From Vicugna vicugna (lineage: Eukaryota), in contig MU058384.1 of the NCBI GenBank assembly GCA_013265495.1, positions 5,576,792 through 5,640,791 on the forward strand: a stretch of 64,000 nt of DNA, read 5' to 3'. The notes under the pieces are model-generated. The model was given only the letters and a program-made list of their open reading frames with translations, ran no database searches and was not told the DNA's origin. Positions 37,667 to 51,639 of this stretch are shown here, one piece after another (position 1 is the first letter of the stretch; each line of letters starts with the position of its first letter). The position numbers were made by a program, and so were the translations under genes.

Positions 37667-39647
37667 TTCAAAAAGCCTTGAGTTCCATTTCATGATATTT
37701 TGGTTAGTAAATTTAGCCTGGGGGAAAAAAAAAATCTTCCACCTAGTTTTATGGAATGAAACATGGAAAGATGTCACTTTGCTCACTAAAAAATAATTTG
37801 ACTCCACAGAATATTAAACACCCGTTACAGAAGATATTTTATGATAAGCATATCGTAGCATGGGAAAATGCACATCATAGGCTAAGTAAAAAGAGCAGGA
37901 TGCACAATTATGGAACAGCAGTAAAATAATAACATCCTTTATAGAGTGCTAGGTATGTTCCAGCTGCTCTTTTATATTAACTTGTTCAACATTTACCACA
38001 TTATGAGATAGGTTCTATGATTATTCCCAGTGTAAAGATAAAAACCTGAAGTCCCATAAAGGTTTACTTGCCCACTAAATATTATGTGTTCATACATATA
38101 CATACATCACCATATGTATATACGTATATGCACACGTATGTTACCAAAAACCTACATGGAAAAAAAAAGACTAGAAGGAAATATATAAGCTGTAATGCTC
38201 ATTATTTTGGGTAAGAATATAGTGACTTCTAAAATCTCATTCCTGTGTTTTTTTGTTTTCCATCAGAGCATACATTACTTTTCAAATAAAATAATTTGCA
38301 TGGAAAATAAGACAATTTAAATGGAAAAATGCAGGCAATTGGAAAAACTCAAATCCCATTTTTAGTGCCCTTGTTACTTGCCCACCTTGTACGTTACAAA
38401 GCTAGTCTTGAGGGGTTATGTCACTCCAAGTTTTAAAACATTCAGTTCTTCACTGGGCCAATATGAGCGTCTGTCTTTTCAGCTGAAGGCCAGTTTGTAA
38501 TCAATTGACTAATTCAATTTCATGTTGTTAGTAGTCAGTACACATTTCAAAATTCTCTCAAATAGGACCTGCTGTAGAAGATGAACTAGGAAATGTATCT
38601 GGCAAATAAATGAATGAGTGAATGAATGAACAAATGAATGAATGGGGTTCCTGTGGCTTTTTGTAGACATTACATTAGATGGGGAAATGCTGGCTTTACA
38701 GCCAGCAAGGGAAAGCAGAAGCAATTTCGAAAGTAGAATCAACCTTTTCAGAAAATCACAGACTCACACAAGGTGAGGTAGTTATGTTGGTGTTGGCGCT
38801 TTTAGTGAGAGGTTTTGTCAGCCACGCACCAGAAAGAAGAGCTCAGGAGGACATGGGGCAGGCTCTAAGCTACCCATAAGCTGAGATATCTCCAGTCACT
38901 CTTCTGTTATTACTAATAAGAAATTTATTTTTACAGGAAACTATCACTAGCAAAAACAAACTTCTGGATTTTACTTTAAAGCAAAGAAGCCAGCTTATAA
39001 GCTCATCCTTTAATTGCCTTATACGTAATAGAAGAGATTGTTAGTGTTATGAACAAGCCAGAACGGGAATGCGGAAGCCAACGGTTCTCTAGTCTTGCCA
39101 TGGAAAGTTCACTGGGACGTGTGGTATGAAGCCAACCTGAGGATACAGGAGACAGGAGAAGAGCTCCCTTTCCTTTCAGGCCCACAGCGAAGTACACTGC
39201 CTTCTTTCCTTTGCAAAGCAACCACAAAGTCTTTCTCAGATGCTGCAAAGATGTTTCAGCCTAGAGCAAGAGTGAATCATGGTTTGTACAACTCCAAGGT
39301 GCTGCCAACCCGCCTCTGCTCTCCCTCACAGTTTTTGTTTTCTTGGTATGATAATTAGTTGTTGGCATTATGAATGTGTCTTCTGAGGAAAAAAAAGTGT
39401 GGGCACCTGTTATTTCTAGAATGAGTGTTCTCTGCATCCAGTTGAGGTAAGTTATCCACTCAGGGTCCTAGGACTGGCCAAAATGTGGTCACCTAACACG
39501 GAGCTCCACTTCCCTCACATCATGTTTGCACCAGGGAACGTGATTTCCAGCTGGTGCTCTCTGGCTTCTGCTCCGTTACACAGAGAGCAAACTGTCTGCA
39601 GGAGAAGCAGGAGTTCTAAAGTTACCCCAAACTTGAAATTTATCGTC

Positions 39648-39834
39648 TAGTGGTTCTTAACCTCGGCTGCACACTAAAATCACCTTGAGAGCTTTATTTA
39701 AAAAGTATCATTGATAGGATCCTCCCCAGAGCAAGTTAGGCAGAATCTCTGGGACTGGAGCCAGCCATGGCATTGGTGTTCTTTCAAAGCCCCTCAAAGT
39801 GCTTCCGAAGGACAGCCAAGTTTGAGAAACATTG
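39648..39834. mobile_element. MER5-type hAT-Charlie MITE
   Basis: TIR-like ends tagtggttcttaa ... ttgagaaacattg; cagaatctctggg core. Confidence 0.8.
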
Positions 39835-40737
39835 ATAGCTTCCGTCAAGGCCCTTCCAGATGAAACTGAGATCCAGAGAGGCAGATGGACTGTCCCAAGG
39901 CCTGTAGCTTGTTAGTCAGCATGCCCTCATCTGTCTGTCTGTCTTCTGCTGGACTATGAAGTCCTTCAACACTAAAACCATGGTGCTGACATTTAAACCC
40001 TCAGTGCCAGTGCCTACGACACTAAACCCTGTTGGGGGCCCAGAGCCAGGGAGGACAGGAAGGACCAGAGGCTGTCCTTCCCTTTGTCTCACAGCCTCTC
40101 ACTAAGAAAAACTGTCATTAGGATAAATTACTACGAGCTTCTTCGCCCCCCACACTGAATCATTAAATATCAGATTCTCCAAATTTATGACCTATTCATT
40201 TCCGGAAAAATTCTCAGAGTCAGGTTGCCCCTAAAATCCCAAGCCAAACGATTGTACCTTAGCAAATCCAGCTGTTTAAAGCTAAGTGCTTGATCTTATT
40301 TAATACCCCGTGTCTCACTGAATTCTCATTTTGTGGAGTCTCATTTATTTGCCCAGTTAAACTTGACACTTTCCCATTAAGAGGCCTCTCAAATGACATG
40401 TTTTCCTTCCATATCATGACTCCAAAGTGAATAAAATTACAGGACACCTGTGCTGTGATTAAGGAGACGTAGCCCTAAAGGCTGAGAACTGCTAAGTTCT
40501 CAGCACAGGATTCCAGAGTGTTCTATGGCTTTGCTGCCTCTATCCACTGCCAGCTGTACCTCTGTCACCTGCTAGTCAAGTGCAATTTCAAAAGAAATCC
40601 GGCCAGCGTGGTGTGGTCTAAGGGCTCAGAACTGGGGCAGAGGTATCGGGGCCTTGGAACAGTGCAACGGTATTACCGTCCACTGCCACGTCCTTGACCT
40701 TGAAACTTTGATGCATGCTGACCAGTTTCCAAATGCC

Positions 40738-40799
40738 AGCATCTCCACATTGTATTCCTTGGCCTGAAGCATCTCCACATTGTATTCCTTGGCCTGAAG
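40738..40799. repeat. Perfect 30-bp tandem duplication
   Basis: agcatctccacattgtattccttggcctga x2 (40738-40767, 40768-40797) plus ag. Confidence 0.97.
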
Positions 40800-41199
40800 G
40801 TGTTCTTTGGACCCTGAAGCCCACTCCGCCCACCCAGGTGATAGGCCGGAAGCACCAGAGAATGAACGCCTCCCCCAACTCCCACTCTGGCCGTCAACCC
40901 CAAACGTTCAGAAATTGGGCTTTCCAGCCCCCATACCCCTCAGGCGTGTGCTGAGGCTCCCCCGCGGACTAAGGCCCTGTTGCCTAGTTGTTACCCGGCT
41001 TGGGAATGCACTTCTTATCAACAACCTTCTCTTCTTACTCCCTTCCCCAGTTCCCTGCTGGAGTTTCCTCAGCTTATCCCTCAAATAAGGAAGCCCTGTG
41101 TCAAGGTCTGACCCTGGGGGAACCCAGAGAAGACACAGTAGCCTTGTCAATATATAGTCATTTGATTTTAGGAAAGCCATTTAAACTCTGAGAGTTGAT

Positions 41200-41795
41200 G
41201 GCCTTGAATGGAAAATAAGAAAAGGATGAAGTCCTCCTTGGTCATAGCAGCAGGTAAAGGGCAGCTTCATTTGGCTGCCAAAGCCCTCCCTGACCCGCCC
41301 CGGTCCCCTTCCTGTTCTCATCCCCTCATCTCTAAGTCTCCCCGTCCCCCATGCTCCTCTCCAGCCGGAGAGTGTCTTTGAATTCTTGCAAGTGGCACCC
41401 GGCCCACGAGCCTTCGGGACTCTTACTCATGCTGTCCCTCTGCCTGGAATACTCTTCTTCCTTCTGTTTGTTTGGCTCTTGCCTACACGTCCTCCAGCTC
41501 TCCACTGAAATGTCAGTTCCCGCAGGGAAGCCTTTTCTGACGCCCCGTCTAGGATCGTGCTCTTACGTGCTACCAAATATAGTGTTTCCATCGTCACATT
41601 TGGCATGCTTTATAGTAATTCCTATTTCCTTCTCCAAGTCTACCTCCCTCACCAACCACCCCATCACTGGCCTTTATTATGCTCCTTGAGGGCAGAAACC
41701 CAATTTTTCTGGCTCCCCACTGCATCCCTGATACCAGCCCAGTGCCTGCACATAGTAGGTCCTCGATAAATAATTGTTGATTAAGATGCATACAT
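41200..41795 (+). mobile_element. L2 3' end
   Basis: ccctctgcctggaat...gggaagccttttctgac...gctccttgagggcag...cagtgcctgcacatagtaggtcctcgataaata. Confidence 0.8.
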
Positions 41796-42309
41796 GTTTA
41801 CTAAACATTACAACTGATGAATAAGAGGATTTTGGAATAGAAGTTAAGGCAAAGTTTCCCAACCAGAGAGTCATGGTGCTGCCTCAGATAGTTTGCCCTC
41901 AAGATAGGACCTTTCCCTCAGCCCTCGCACTTGAAGCCTTGGGAGAAGCGAGTGTAAAGGACAGGGTTCCCTTCAGACGAGAGCAGCTTTATCTTTTTAT
42001 CCTAGTGAAGACTGCCACCATTTTTAACATGAAAATTTAAGAAGTTGGAAAGCACTATGTTAAAATAATGCAGCCCAGTACTCAGAAAAATGTGGAGTTG
42101 AAATTTGGAAAAGAAAATTTAGTAGGCAGCATTGTAGCTGAGCAACGTCTGGAAGTGGAAGGCACCCAGTTTCTCAGCCGTTAAGGTCAATGCAGCCTTC
42201 CTAGGTGTGGGCCTTTTTCACATTCTTTGACATTTGGTGGCCTGAGGGGCTTTATCTCAGAAATTCCTTGATCCTCCTGGGATTGGGGCCAAGTACAGAG
42301 AGTCACTCC

Positions 42310-42790
42310 CAAGCCTTTCTCACCACCATCTGTCCTGAGTACAAACCAAATTCCCTGCATGTGTGGAGGCCTCCTGGGACCCAGTTTTGCCTCCCTTCTC
42401 TCCAGGCTTATCTTCCTCCTCCGTGTCCTGCCTCACACTTTCCTTGTGCATCTATTTCCAGGCATGATGTTGTTTCATGTGCTGTTGGCCCTGCTAGCCT
42501 CCAGCCGCAGACTCCTACCCTTCTTCTCGCCTCCTTGCCGCTGCTATTCAACCTCGGAGATGCCACTCAAGCCCCAGGGCAGCCCTCTCTGAACTTGCAC
42601 AGTGAAAACTCCAGTCTTGGCTTCCACTGCCTCCCGAGCTTTCTTCCAGCACATTTACATATGCCAGCTCCACCCCCAACCACTTTCTAAGCTTTCTGAA
42701 GACCAGATCCATGTCATATTCTACCTAGTCGCCTCAGTGCCACTCTCAGTGCCTGTAACTGAGCAGGCATTCCGTAAGAGTTTGCTCAGA
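42310..42790 (+). mobile_element. L2 3' region
   Basis: Degenerate L2 motifs ending in cagtgcctgtaactgagcaggcattccgtaa. Confidence 0.55.
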
Positions 42791-43769
42791 GGCTCTAAGC
42801 AGGATGATTCCTTTTCGTGTACCTAAGCCCTTGTCTGACCAAAGGTAGGCAAACCTTAAATAAACTACAAATAATTTACATCCGAATTAGAATTTTAAAG
42901 AAGTTTTTGTCATGTGCAGTTTAAGTGCTGTTCAATAGTTTGCACAGACTGGAAATAGCAAACATCTTGTCTTAAAAATAAAAACACCAACCAAGTTCCT
43001 GTAACGTCTGCAATTCTCTCATTTTGAGTGCAGCGATGGCGGACAGCCGTCCTGGTGTGAAACACCTGGGAGAAGGGACAGCAGGGTGGGGCCGGGGGTG
43101 GGGGTTGGGGGGAGGCCTTGAACAGCAAGGCCTTGAACAGCAAAGAGTAACCCGCTGTTCCTCAGACGTCTCACAGATGCAAATGTGTGGCGAATATGAC
43201 TCTGTGTTGACAATTCCTAAGAAGTCTGTTTTCTGTTTTAACCAAGCTGAATAGAAGCAGTCAGTAGGCTTTTATTAAGATAGATGAAACCTGCAATTAG
43301 GCATTAGACTTCACTTCTGAGGGAGGGGTTAGCCTAGAAGCCTTGTTCCATCCAGTACCGACCTGGTGCCTGCCCTAAGCGGGAGGCCAGCTGTCCACAT
43401 CTGGGCAGGAAAGGGAGGGGCGGCCTGCATGGGGTTGGAGGAGGAGGGGGAGAAACCAGGGGAGGGCGGAGGCGGAGGAGGGGGAGGGGCCACCCCACTG
43501 CCCTATTCCGGGCTTTCAGCACAGCCTCAGATCTCTCAAGGTTGGGTATGTGGGGTTCTGGCTCCTTCAAACATTTGACACACATGCCTTGCAAACCACA
43601 AGACTCCTATTTATTGAGCTGTTATCAGATAATGCATTGCACGTTTGCATAAGACCTATCTTCCTCTCACAGGTCGAGTAACTGAAATAATTTTTGAAAT
43701 AAGCTTCCCAAAGCTGGTGAGTAGCAGCTAGGGGAGATGGGGGAAGGGCAGTAACTGATGTATTAAACC

Positions 43770-43900
43770 TGTGATAATACTTATAGCTTCTATGTTTTTC
43801 ACATATCTCAACTCATTTTATTCCCACAAAAGCCCTTTTAAGCACAAGGTATCCTCCTTTTACTTATGAGGAAACTGAGATAGAGATTAAGTGAAGGATG
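43770..43900 (-). mobile_element. MIR
   Basis: ttttacttatgaggaaactgaga...attaagtga core. Confidence 0.75.
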
Positions 43901-43987
43901 GAGAAACGCACCAGTAACCATGTAGTGCGGGCGGGCGGAAGCCCACTTCCTGTCTTCCATTCAGAGCTCTGCCCACCCCCTTACATG

Positions 43988-44047
43988 CACGCACAGACAC
44001 ACGGACACACAGACACACACACACACACACATACACACACACACACA
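43988..44047. repeat. Imperfect (CA)n microsatellite
   Basis: Directly visible. Confidence 0.95.
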
Positions 44048-45929
44048 GAAAGACTTCACTTCTGGGGAAAAGGAGACAGGTGGGAAAAGACCTCAAGGAA
44101 CCAGATGTGTAATTTATATAACGCTGGTTCTTCGTAAACGTTCCAGGCACCCTAAGAAATAAATTATGAGATCACTCACGGATAATTTACAAGCTAGGAG
44201 GTCTGGTAGACCCCAAAATTGGCTCGCAGTAAGGATGACTGAGTTCTTCCCTGTTTTCTATCCTACTTTGCCCTAAAGTATAGATTACAATTATGAAAAG
44301 ACAAATGTGTTTGCAATTTACCTCCACCAACAAAAGCATTCAAACTGAATTCCCTGCTAGCAACAGGAATGTGACTTCAAATGAAGACTGATCATCTCTT
44401 GCTGTGAAGTACGATATGCAGTCTCCAGATATCTGAAGATCTCAACCATTCACTTAGTCTGAAGGCCGAACTATAACTGCACTGTAGTAGCAGGATTGAG
44501 GATGAGAATAGGGTTTGAAGGTGGCCCTTGTAAGAATGAGTTATTGGTTTTATGAGACCTGCGAAGGGCATAAAGTACATTAAGGCATAAATAAAACTTG
44601 CAATCAAAAGTGTCACCTTCAACCATGAAACAATAATGTTGGTCCCTACCCCTTGCCCTATTGTAATAGTTCTTCGTGAATTAACATCACATTGATAATA
44701 CTAGTTAAAAGCCAAAGCATGCTGAGTACTCACCTCCATGAAAGATGGCAAAACTATGTAAATCTTAAAGGGGACATGGGGAAGGGAGCTTGACACTGGA
44801 AATAGTTTCCTTGTTGCTACAGTAGTCACGGATTTAGTCTAGAATGAGGTCAGATCATGACAATTTCTCATTTGTCAGTAGGCATCACGAATTGTAGGTG
44901 ATCATAAATTGTAGTCATTGGCTGCCATCACCGCCGACTTCCTAGGTACCACTATTAGAGAAACTGCCAATCCTGCTGGAATGACTTAATACTCTATTGC
45001 CAAAGTAGAACATAACATGCTATATTTTTAAATAATTAGGTCAATATTTAGCTTAAATATCTTCTGGCAGTAGATGACTTCCCTGCTGTTCTTTTTAAAT
45101 CTAAGCTTTCTCTCCACCAACCCTGGCACTTCCTGTGGCCCTATCACATTTTCTTTTTCTCCACAATCTGCTTTATTGTATACCGATTTATTTTGTTCCT
45201 TGTCTATCCGCCTCCACTAAAATATAAGCACTGGGGAATTTTCTCTTTTCTCCCCACTGCTAAAATCCCTTCACTTAGATAAATTTCTAGTACATAGTTA
45301 TTCAGTTGGCCAGATGGGTGGGTGGGTGGAGGGTTAGTTGGATGGAAGAATTGACTGGGTGGATGGATGGATGACCACTGGACGCATGAACTCTTTCAGT
45401 TGGCTGGAATATGATTCAGAAGATACAGGTCCATACGTAAATAAAGGACAAGATGCTGTCTCAGCTTTTCTCTTTCCGTTTGTTGGCAGTTGATAAACTA
45501 TCTGCTCTACAAACCACCTAACCTTACCCTAGTTTGTTTTATTGTTTTTTAATATGTTTTAAATTCAGTTTTTGTTTTGTCTTTCTAACTATATTTTTTG
45601 CTCCTTCAGAGAAAGGAAAATTTCTAAAGATATTTTACAAACAGCTGGGCCTTACGCAAAGTGGGTATTCAGTAAAAATCTGCTGAGGCATTGATGGAGT
45701 CCCAGACTGGAAGCATCGGTGAGCTACACATGCCTGAGAGACGAGGGAAACTAGTCGGTATGAAGTGATATTCTGAAGCTTTGACGTAAACACTCCTGTC
45801 TTGGTGTCACTAGAGGTCCTGAGACAAAACGCAAGGTAGGCATCACAGTCTAGTAAAGCTAAGTAACAAAACTCTAGAGGAAGTTTATGTTGATGATGAC
45901 AATGATGTAAAAATTTAACTACTAGCCTT

Positions 45930-46160
45930 GAAATTTGCAGACACTACCTACTATACATAAAATAGATAAACAAGTTTCTACTGTACAGCACAGGGAACTA
46001 TATATATTCAATACCTTTTAGTAACCTACAATGAAGAAGAATATGAAAAGGAATATATGTATGTATGTGTATGACCAAAACATTATGCTCTGTGTCAGAA
46101 ATTGGCACAACATTGTAAACTGACTATACTTCAATTTAAATATATATATATATATATACA
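45930..46160 (+). mobile_element. 5'-truncated L1 3' end (same family as 29575)
   Basis: ctactgtacagcacagggaactatat...aacattgtaaactgactatacttcaa followed by a (TA)n tail. Confidence 0.85.
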
Positions 46161-47573
46161 TAAATTTGATTATTAGTTATATTCCGGATACTGTTCTAGG
46201 CCCTTTACATGTATGTACGAATTTAATCCTTACAATAAATAGTCTATGTGATCTACATTCATGTAGAAAACATTTGTATGAGACATGAGAGAACAGACTC
46301 AATATGAAAGAGCAGAAGAGAAATTGTAAAAGATTAAGTTTTCGAATTAGCGTCACTTTCCCATTAAAAGTCTTACCATTCACCCCAGGGAAACAGCATA
46401 TTGCATAATATTAAAGACATGTGCGTTTCTTGTCGTGCTCTAAAGCTCTCCATTACCAAGGAGAAGGATTTCCACTCAATTAGATGGTGAAGCAGAGGAT
46501 TATGCAGGTTGAGTCCCAAGATGTAAAAGACTTGTGTAGAGAAAAACTAGTTGAGGACAAAAAGGACCGTTTGCCCTGGAGTGTCTATTGTGAACGGTTG
46601 GGTATTTCTCCCTCTTCCTTTGTCCCTGTGTGTGGCTGCCTTGAACGGTACAACTCATTTCCGGGAGAAATGAATCATGCATCCTCAAACTGGATGTGGC
46701 TAGCTGGGTCTAGAGGGTTTCTTTCAGTCCCTGAGTCTTATAATGTCAGCACTGTATTTACTTAGAATGTAAATTAAATTCCTGAGCTGGGACAAGCCAG
46801 AGGAGAGACAGCGAGCTGAAGTCGCTGCAGTAGGAAAGAGTAACACCCAGCACAACCTCAAAAAACATATTAAAGATATAAATTTGGGTAGGAGAGATGC
46901 TGTGTTGTTGCTGATTATCAAATGTAGTCTTTTAATTTGATTTTTCAGGAAATTTGAATTTATGGAGTTATAGGACTCCATGGAATCAGGAAAAGCTGAA
47001 GGAAGTAATGTTAAATTCTCAATTCAGTTTGGTTGTGGATTTCTTTTTTAGATGTGGGGTAAATGTAATAACCTCTTGGTGGTTTATTTTATTCTCTACT
47101 TGAACTATAGTAATAAAATTATGGACAGTTTTGGTGGTTAGTTTTCCAAATGAGGTTTTGCTGATTGGATCTTTTAATAAAGTAATGGACTCATTAGATC
47201 AAAGTTTCATGCCCCAAGATTCATGTGAGCCCCTTTGCCTTTGCTGCCCCACTTTGAACCCCCACATATAGTCACACTGCTTGTCACAAGGAGAACCAGA
47301 GGAAAGACTATAAATAAGGGAGCATGTAGCTGATGCTCAATAAATAGTGGTGAAATGAATGTTGGTTGAAATCACAGCCTCAAATGCTACCTTTGACAGC
47401 AGTTATCAATAAATGTCAGCCCTTTTAGCTACACCTGGTTCTTCCATATCATAGAGTATGCCTGAGGATGAAGCAATGAGTCTGAACGATACTAAAATTA
47501 GTCATTTACATGTGTAACCAATATGGGTTGTTCCTTGACACTTGAAATGCAATAAATTTCACCATCTGTGGGA

Positions 47574-47577
<4 letters not shown>

Positions 47578-47607
<30 letters not shown>
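47578..47607. repeat. (CA)n microsatellite
   Basis: Directly visible. Confidence 0.97.
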
Positions 47608-47609
<2 letters not shown>

Positions 47610-48204
47610 CACGTGGAAGGTTCCAGATCTAGCTTGCACCCTACCCCAGGCTACACTACACGGCATGGCTACCCAGCCTACACTGCTCGAGGGACCCAGA
47701 CCTGAGAGAACCACAGCTTTTTTGAAATCATCTTCCCAGAGCCTAGCAATCCCTTTCTTTTTGTTGGAGAACTTGAAAGAAAAAGCTGTCATACATCCCC
47801 TGAAGCAACAGAGAACCTAGAAAGAGATTCAAAAGGCTATAGATCCAGCCTATAGACAATTTTTTGTATTATAGAAAATTTCAAAAATTAGAAAATTTTT
47901 CATAAACATATGTTTGCACGGCTTCTCTAAAATTCTAAAGATCTGGCATCACTGGGCTGACATTTCCATGAGTCATCACTTATTGGGGCTGAGCATACCC
48001 AACTGTCTCACTCATTTCCATAGCCCACCTGGCCCCTAACAAGTTTGAAGTTTTTGACCTGGCCTAAACATTGAGGGTGAGGGTAGGAGGTCTAAAACAG
48101 GGAGAGAAACCTCAAAAATATAAATTCATTTATCAATATGATTGCAGAGCTGACTCCTTGCCTATTTCACTCATAACTTCCATCCTGCAACTTCCCATAG
48201 CAAC

Positions 48205-48450
48205 AGGAAAATAATTACACAGACCTTATCATAGGTCAGGAAATATTTTCAAATTCATAGATTAACTCATTTCAATCTTCACAAAAACTCTATGAGATAG
48301 TTCTAATTTTACCTCCATTTTTAGATGAGGAAACTAAGAAACCAAAGTTAAGTGACACGTTCAAGATCACATTGCTAGAACACAGGGCCAAGTGAAGAAA
48401 TAAACCCAAGTAGTCTGACACCAGAGTCTTTGTTTTTAGCCACTATAATA
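48205..48450 (-). mobile_element. MIR
   Basis: ccattttttagatgaggaaactaag...gttaagtgac...caagatcaca...gtctgacaccagag. Confidence 0.8.
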
Positions 48451-49574
48451 TGCTCTCATACCCTGAATCCACTCAGATAAAAATTCTGTTCTTGAAAACA
48501 TCTTCCCATGTCTACAAAAGGTACTCTGGCTAGTTTTGCCTCCTATGGGCTCCAGACACCCTGAGTGTATTACCACCAGAATCTCCATGACACAGCACTG
48601 GAATTGCCACATGAACTTTCTGTCTAGCTTTGAAATAAGGATGGTGTCTTAATCACCATTATCAAATATATACCAGACATTTAAAATGTGTTTGCTGTAT
48701 CATAAAATAGAAAACGGCTTTTAAAACTTTATCTTGGCTACCCTCCTGGATCAAATGATCATCATGTCAAAATTGGACCCATTAACATTCTACTGAATTG
48801 TCTCATTGCCTCTGGGCTCCCATCTTTCCATTGCAAGGTTCTCCTCCACAAAGGCAGACATTAACGGCTTAAGCTCAGGGGTATTGTGAGGATTAAATGA
48901 GATGTTTATAAAGTGCCTAACCCAGTGTCTGGCAGTTAAAAAACACTCACAGTATAATACCTGCTGTTGTAATGCTGCTAGAATATTTCATTTAACATCC
49001 TTTTTATAAAGTTACCCACAAGTCCAACTTAAACTCATGCCTCCAGCCTGCATGTGACATCTTTCTCATCTTCCCCTTGTGTTTCTCCATCTGGCATAAA
49101 GGACAGAGTGCCAGAAGCCACAAAATAAGTAGGTCTCAGCCCCCAGGAGCAGAAATTATACTTGAGGACTTGGAATGCAAGGTGAAGGAAGGACATTACT
49201 CTAATATTAACACCTATGAATGTATATTATGGAATATAATACAAAAGTCACATGCATTTTTCAAAAAATAAAACATAAGACTTAAAGAAAATTTCTACTT
49301 GCTGGTGATTGCTTTAGATTAGTACCCTCAGACCCCTCTAGAAACTAGGTTCACAGTCTTATGAAAGTATTGTCCAGCACCCAACAGAACACTCAAAACA
49401 CTTCCTGTCTTCTGTGCTCTGAATAATCTTGTAGCCACTGGTTTCAATGACAACCTCTTCTGTGAATGTTTTCAGGAAATAACAGCAGTAGCAAACACTT
49501 ACTGACCTCTTAGAGTTTGCCACTGCCAAGCACCCTGTTAAACAACTCACATATGTGTTTTTTTGATGATCAAA

Positions 49575-49790
49575 AAAAATTTTTATTGAAGTACAGTTGG
49601 TTTACAATGTGTTAATTTTTAGTGTATAGCATAGTGATTCAGTTATACATATGTATATATGTATATATATATATATATGTGTGTGTTCCTTTTCATATTC
49701 TTTTTCATTATAGGCCATTTTAAGATATTGAGTATAGTTCCCTGTGCTATACAGTAGGAATATGCTGTTTATCTATTTTACATATGGCCG
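49575..49790 (-). mobile_element. L1 3' end inserted into a MIR
   Basis: ttttattgaagtacagttggtttacaatg...tatagttccctgtgctatacagtagg; MIR-like sequence on both sides (~49500-49555 and ~49795-49980). Confidence 0.85.
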
Positions 49791-51639
49791 TGTGTAGCTA
49801 TTATGTCTTTTAATAAGTCTAAGAACTCAGAGAGATAGGTACAACTATGATCTCATCTTTAAAGACCAGAAACAGCCTCGGAAGGCTTAAATCATGTGTC
49901 CCAAGTCACACGGCTAGGAAATGGTGAAGACATTCAAGCCCAGGCTCCTCACTCTTAGCCATTAGGTCACACTGCTTCTCGCACAATAACCCGTTGTTTC
50001 ATTATTACTCTGTTGTTGATTTAAATGTGCATATTGAATTCTTGAGCTAAAGAGGTGAAACTTATTTATTTGGACCTTCATTTAGTCCTCTATTTAGGCT
50101 GTTTCTCCTTCCTCAGCCAAACTGTGGTGATACATATCTAGTAGACAAAGTCAATGCTTAGTGCATAGACACTTAAAAATAGTTCTATTTTCCTTAAGAG
50201 TTCACATCTGTGCTCTATCTAGAATGACTTGCAATAAAATAGAAATCTACACTACATTTTAAAAGCCTTTTTTATGGTCCATTTTATTATAAAAATAGCA
50301 CACAGTGGGTCAAATAAGAATATTCTACTGAAAGTAAACTAAGCCCTTCCAGAAAAGCTAAAATATTGGTATTTTGTTCAGCCAAAGCTGAGAAGAGATT
50401 CTAGGCAGAAGTCTCCAGTAAAACCCTATATTGAAAATTAAAAATAGAAGTATAAAATGATAGGCTAGATAAGGAAGAAGTATTTTTAACTTATAAACAA
50501 ATAAATAGGAGAATTTTAAAAGAATATATTGGTCTTTCCCTACCCCACTCAACAGCTTCTGTCCAAATGTCAAGTCTGTGCTTCAGTGACAAGGTGGTAT
50601 GCAAAGAAAGGCCAAATCAAACGAGAAAAACAGTCACTAAAATGTATTTAACCATTTACAATATCCGACCTTTCACAATTCAAGTGATTTTTGATCGCAC
50701 GTAACTTGCCAAAATAGCCAGCTTCTCTTCAGAATGTGTTACTATATTTTGAACTAACCACTATTTTTTCCCATTCCATCTGAAAAAGTCTAGACCATCC
50801 ACTCAACTTCTTACAGATCTCTTTACTTTAGGAACTTAGGGAAAATTTCTTGAAAATCTTATGACGCAAATTCAATCAAATTCTCAATCGGTTACCAGAA
50901 TCCTGTTTGTCTGCGTTTATCTCTTTTGATTACGAAGGTTACTTACAGGGAGAGGTTGTTTGATTTTGTAATCAGTAATGAAAAAAGAAAAAGAATAGTT
51001 ACTAAAAGGAGGAGCTACACCTCTTCATGCAAATTTTGTTATAGAATCCGTTATAACAATAGGCATTGGTAGCTGAAGGCTGGGTCTAGAGAAATGAGAC
51101 AGAGCCTAAGGAAATGTGACAGGTACTCAATCCTGAACCAGTGCCCAATGAATGATTGGACTGTCAACAAGTACTTGCTGTCCTATTGCTTGATGGATAC
51201 ATTTTACTATATTTTCTATTCTCTTTTGTATAGATTTCATATATTCCTGTGATCCTTTGGCTAGATTCAAAATGGGAGTATCATTAACTATCATGCGACT
51301 TTGGGCAAGTCTATCTTTCTCTGGGCCTCACTGTCATCATCTAGAGAATGAAGGGCTTGATTAGAAGATCTCTAAGGCCCCTTGCAGCTCTAAGTTATAG
51401 TCCACAATTCTAGGTACTGGCTGTGATCAAATGCTATTCTTTATAAATATCCTAGCAACAAGCATAGCACTTGAAAATTACAAAGCACATAGTCAGAGAT
51501 GAGGGTATGGAAGCTTTCAAAGGAAGGCAGTAAAGTATCTGATAAAAATGAGATGATCTGTGTACATCTAGTAAGTCATAGGATTTTTAATGATTTTCAA
51601 CCTGATTGTAAGAAGTGCTTGTTGTAATAAGTATAATAT

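Noticed and set aside
40738..40799. CRISPR-like 30-bp repeat
   Set aside because: Only two adjacent copies, no spacer, eukaryotic context; a simple tandem duplication.
42205..42690. 161-aa ORF
   Set aside because: GTG start, lies mostly within an L2 remnant, no domain.
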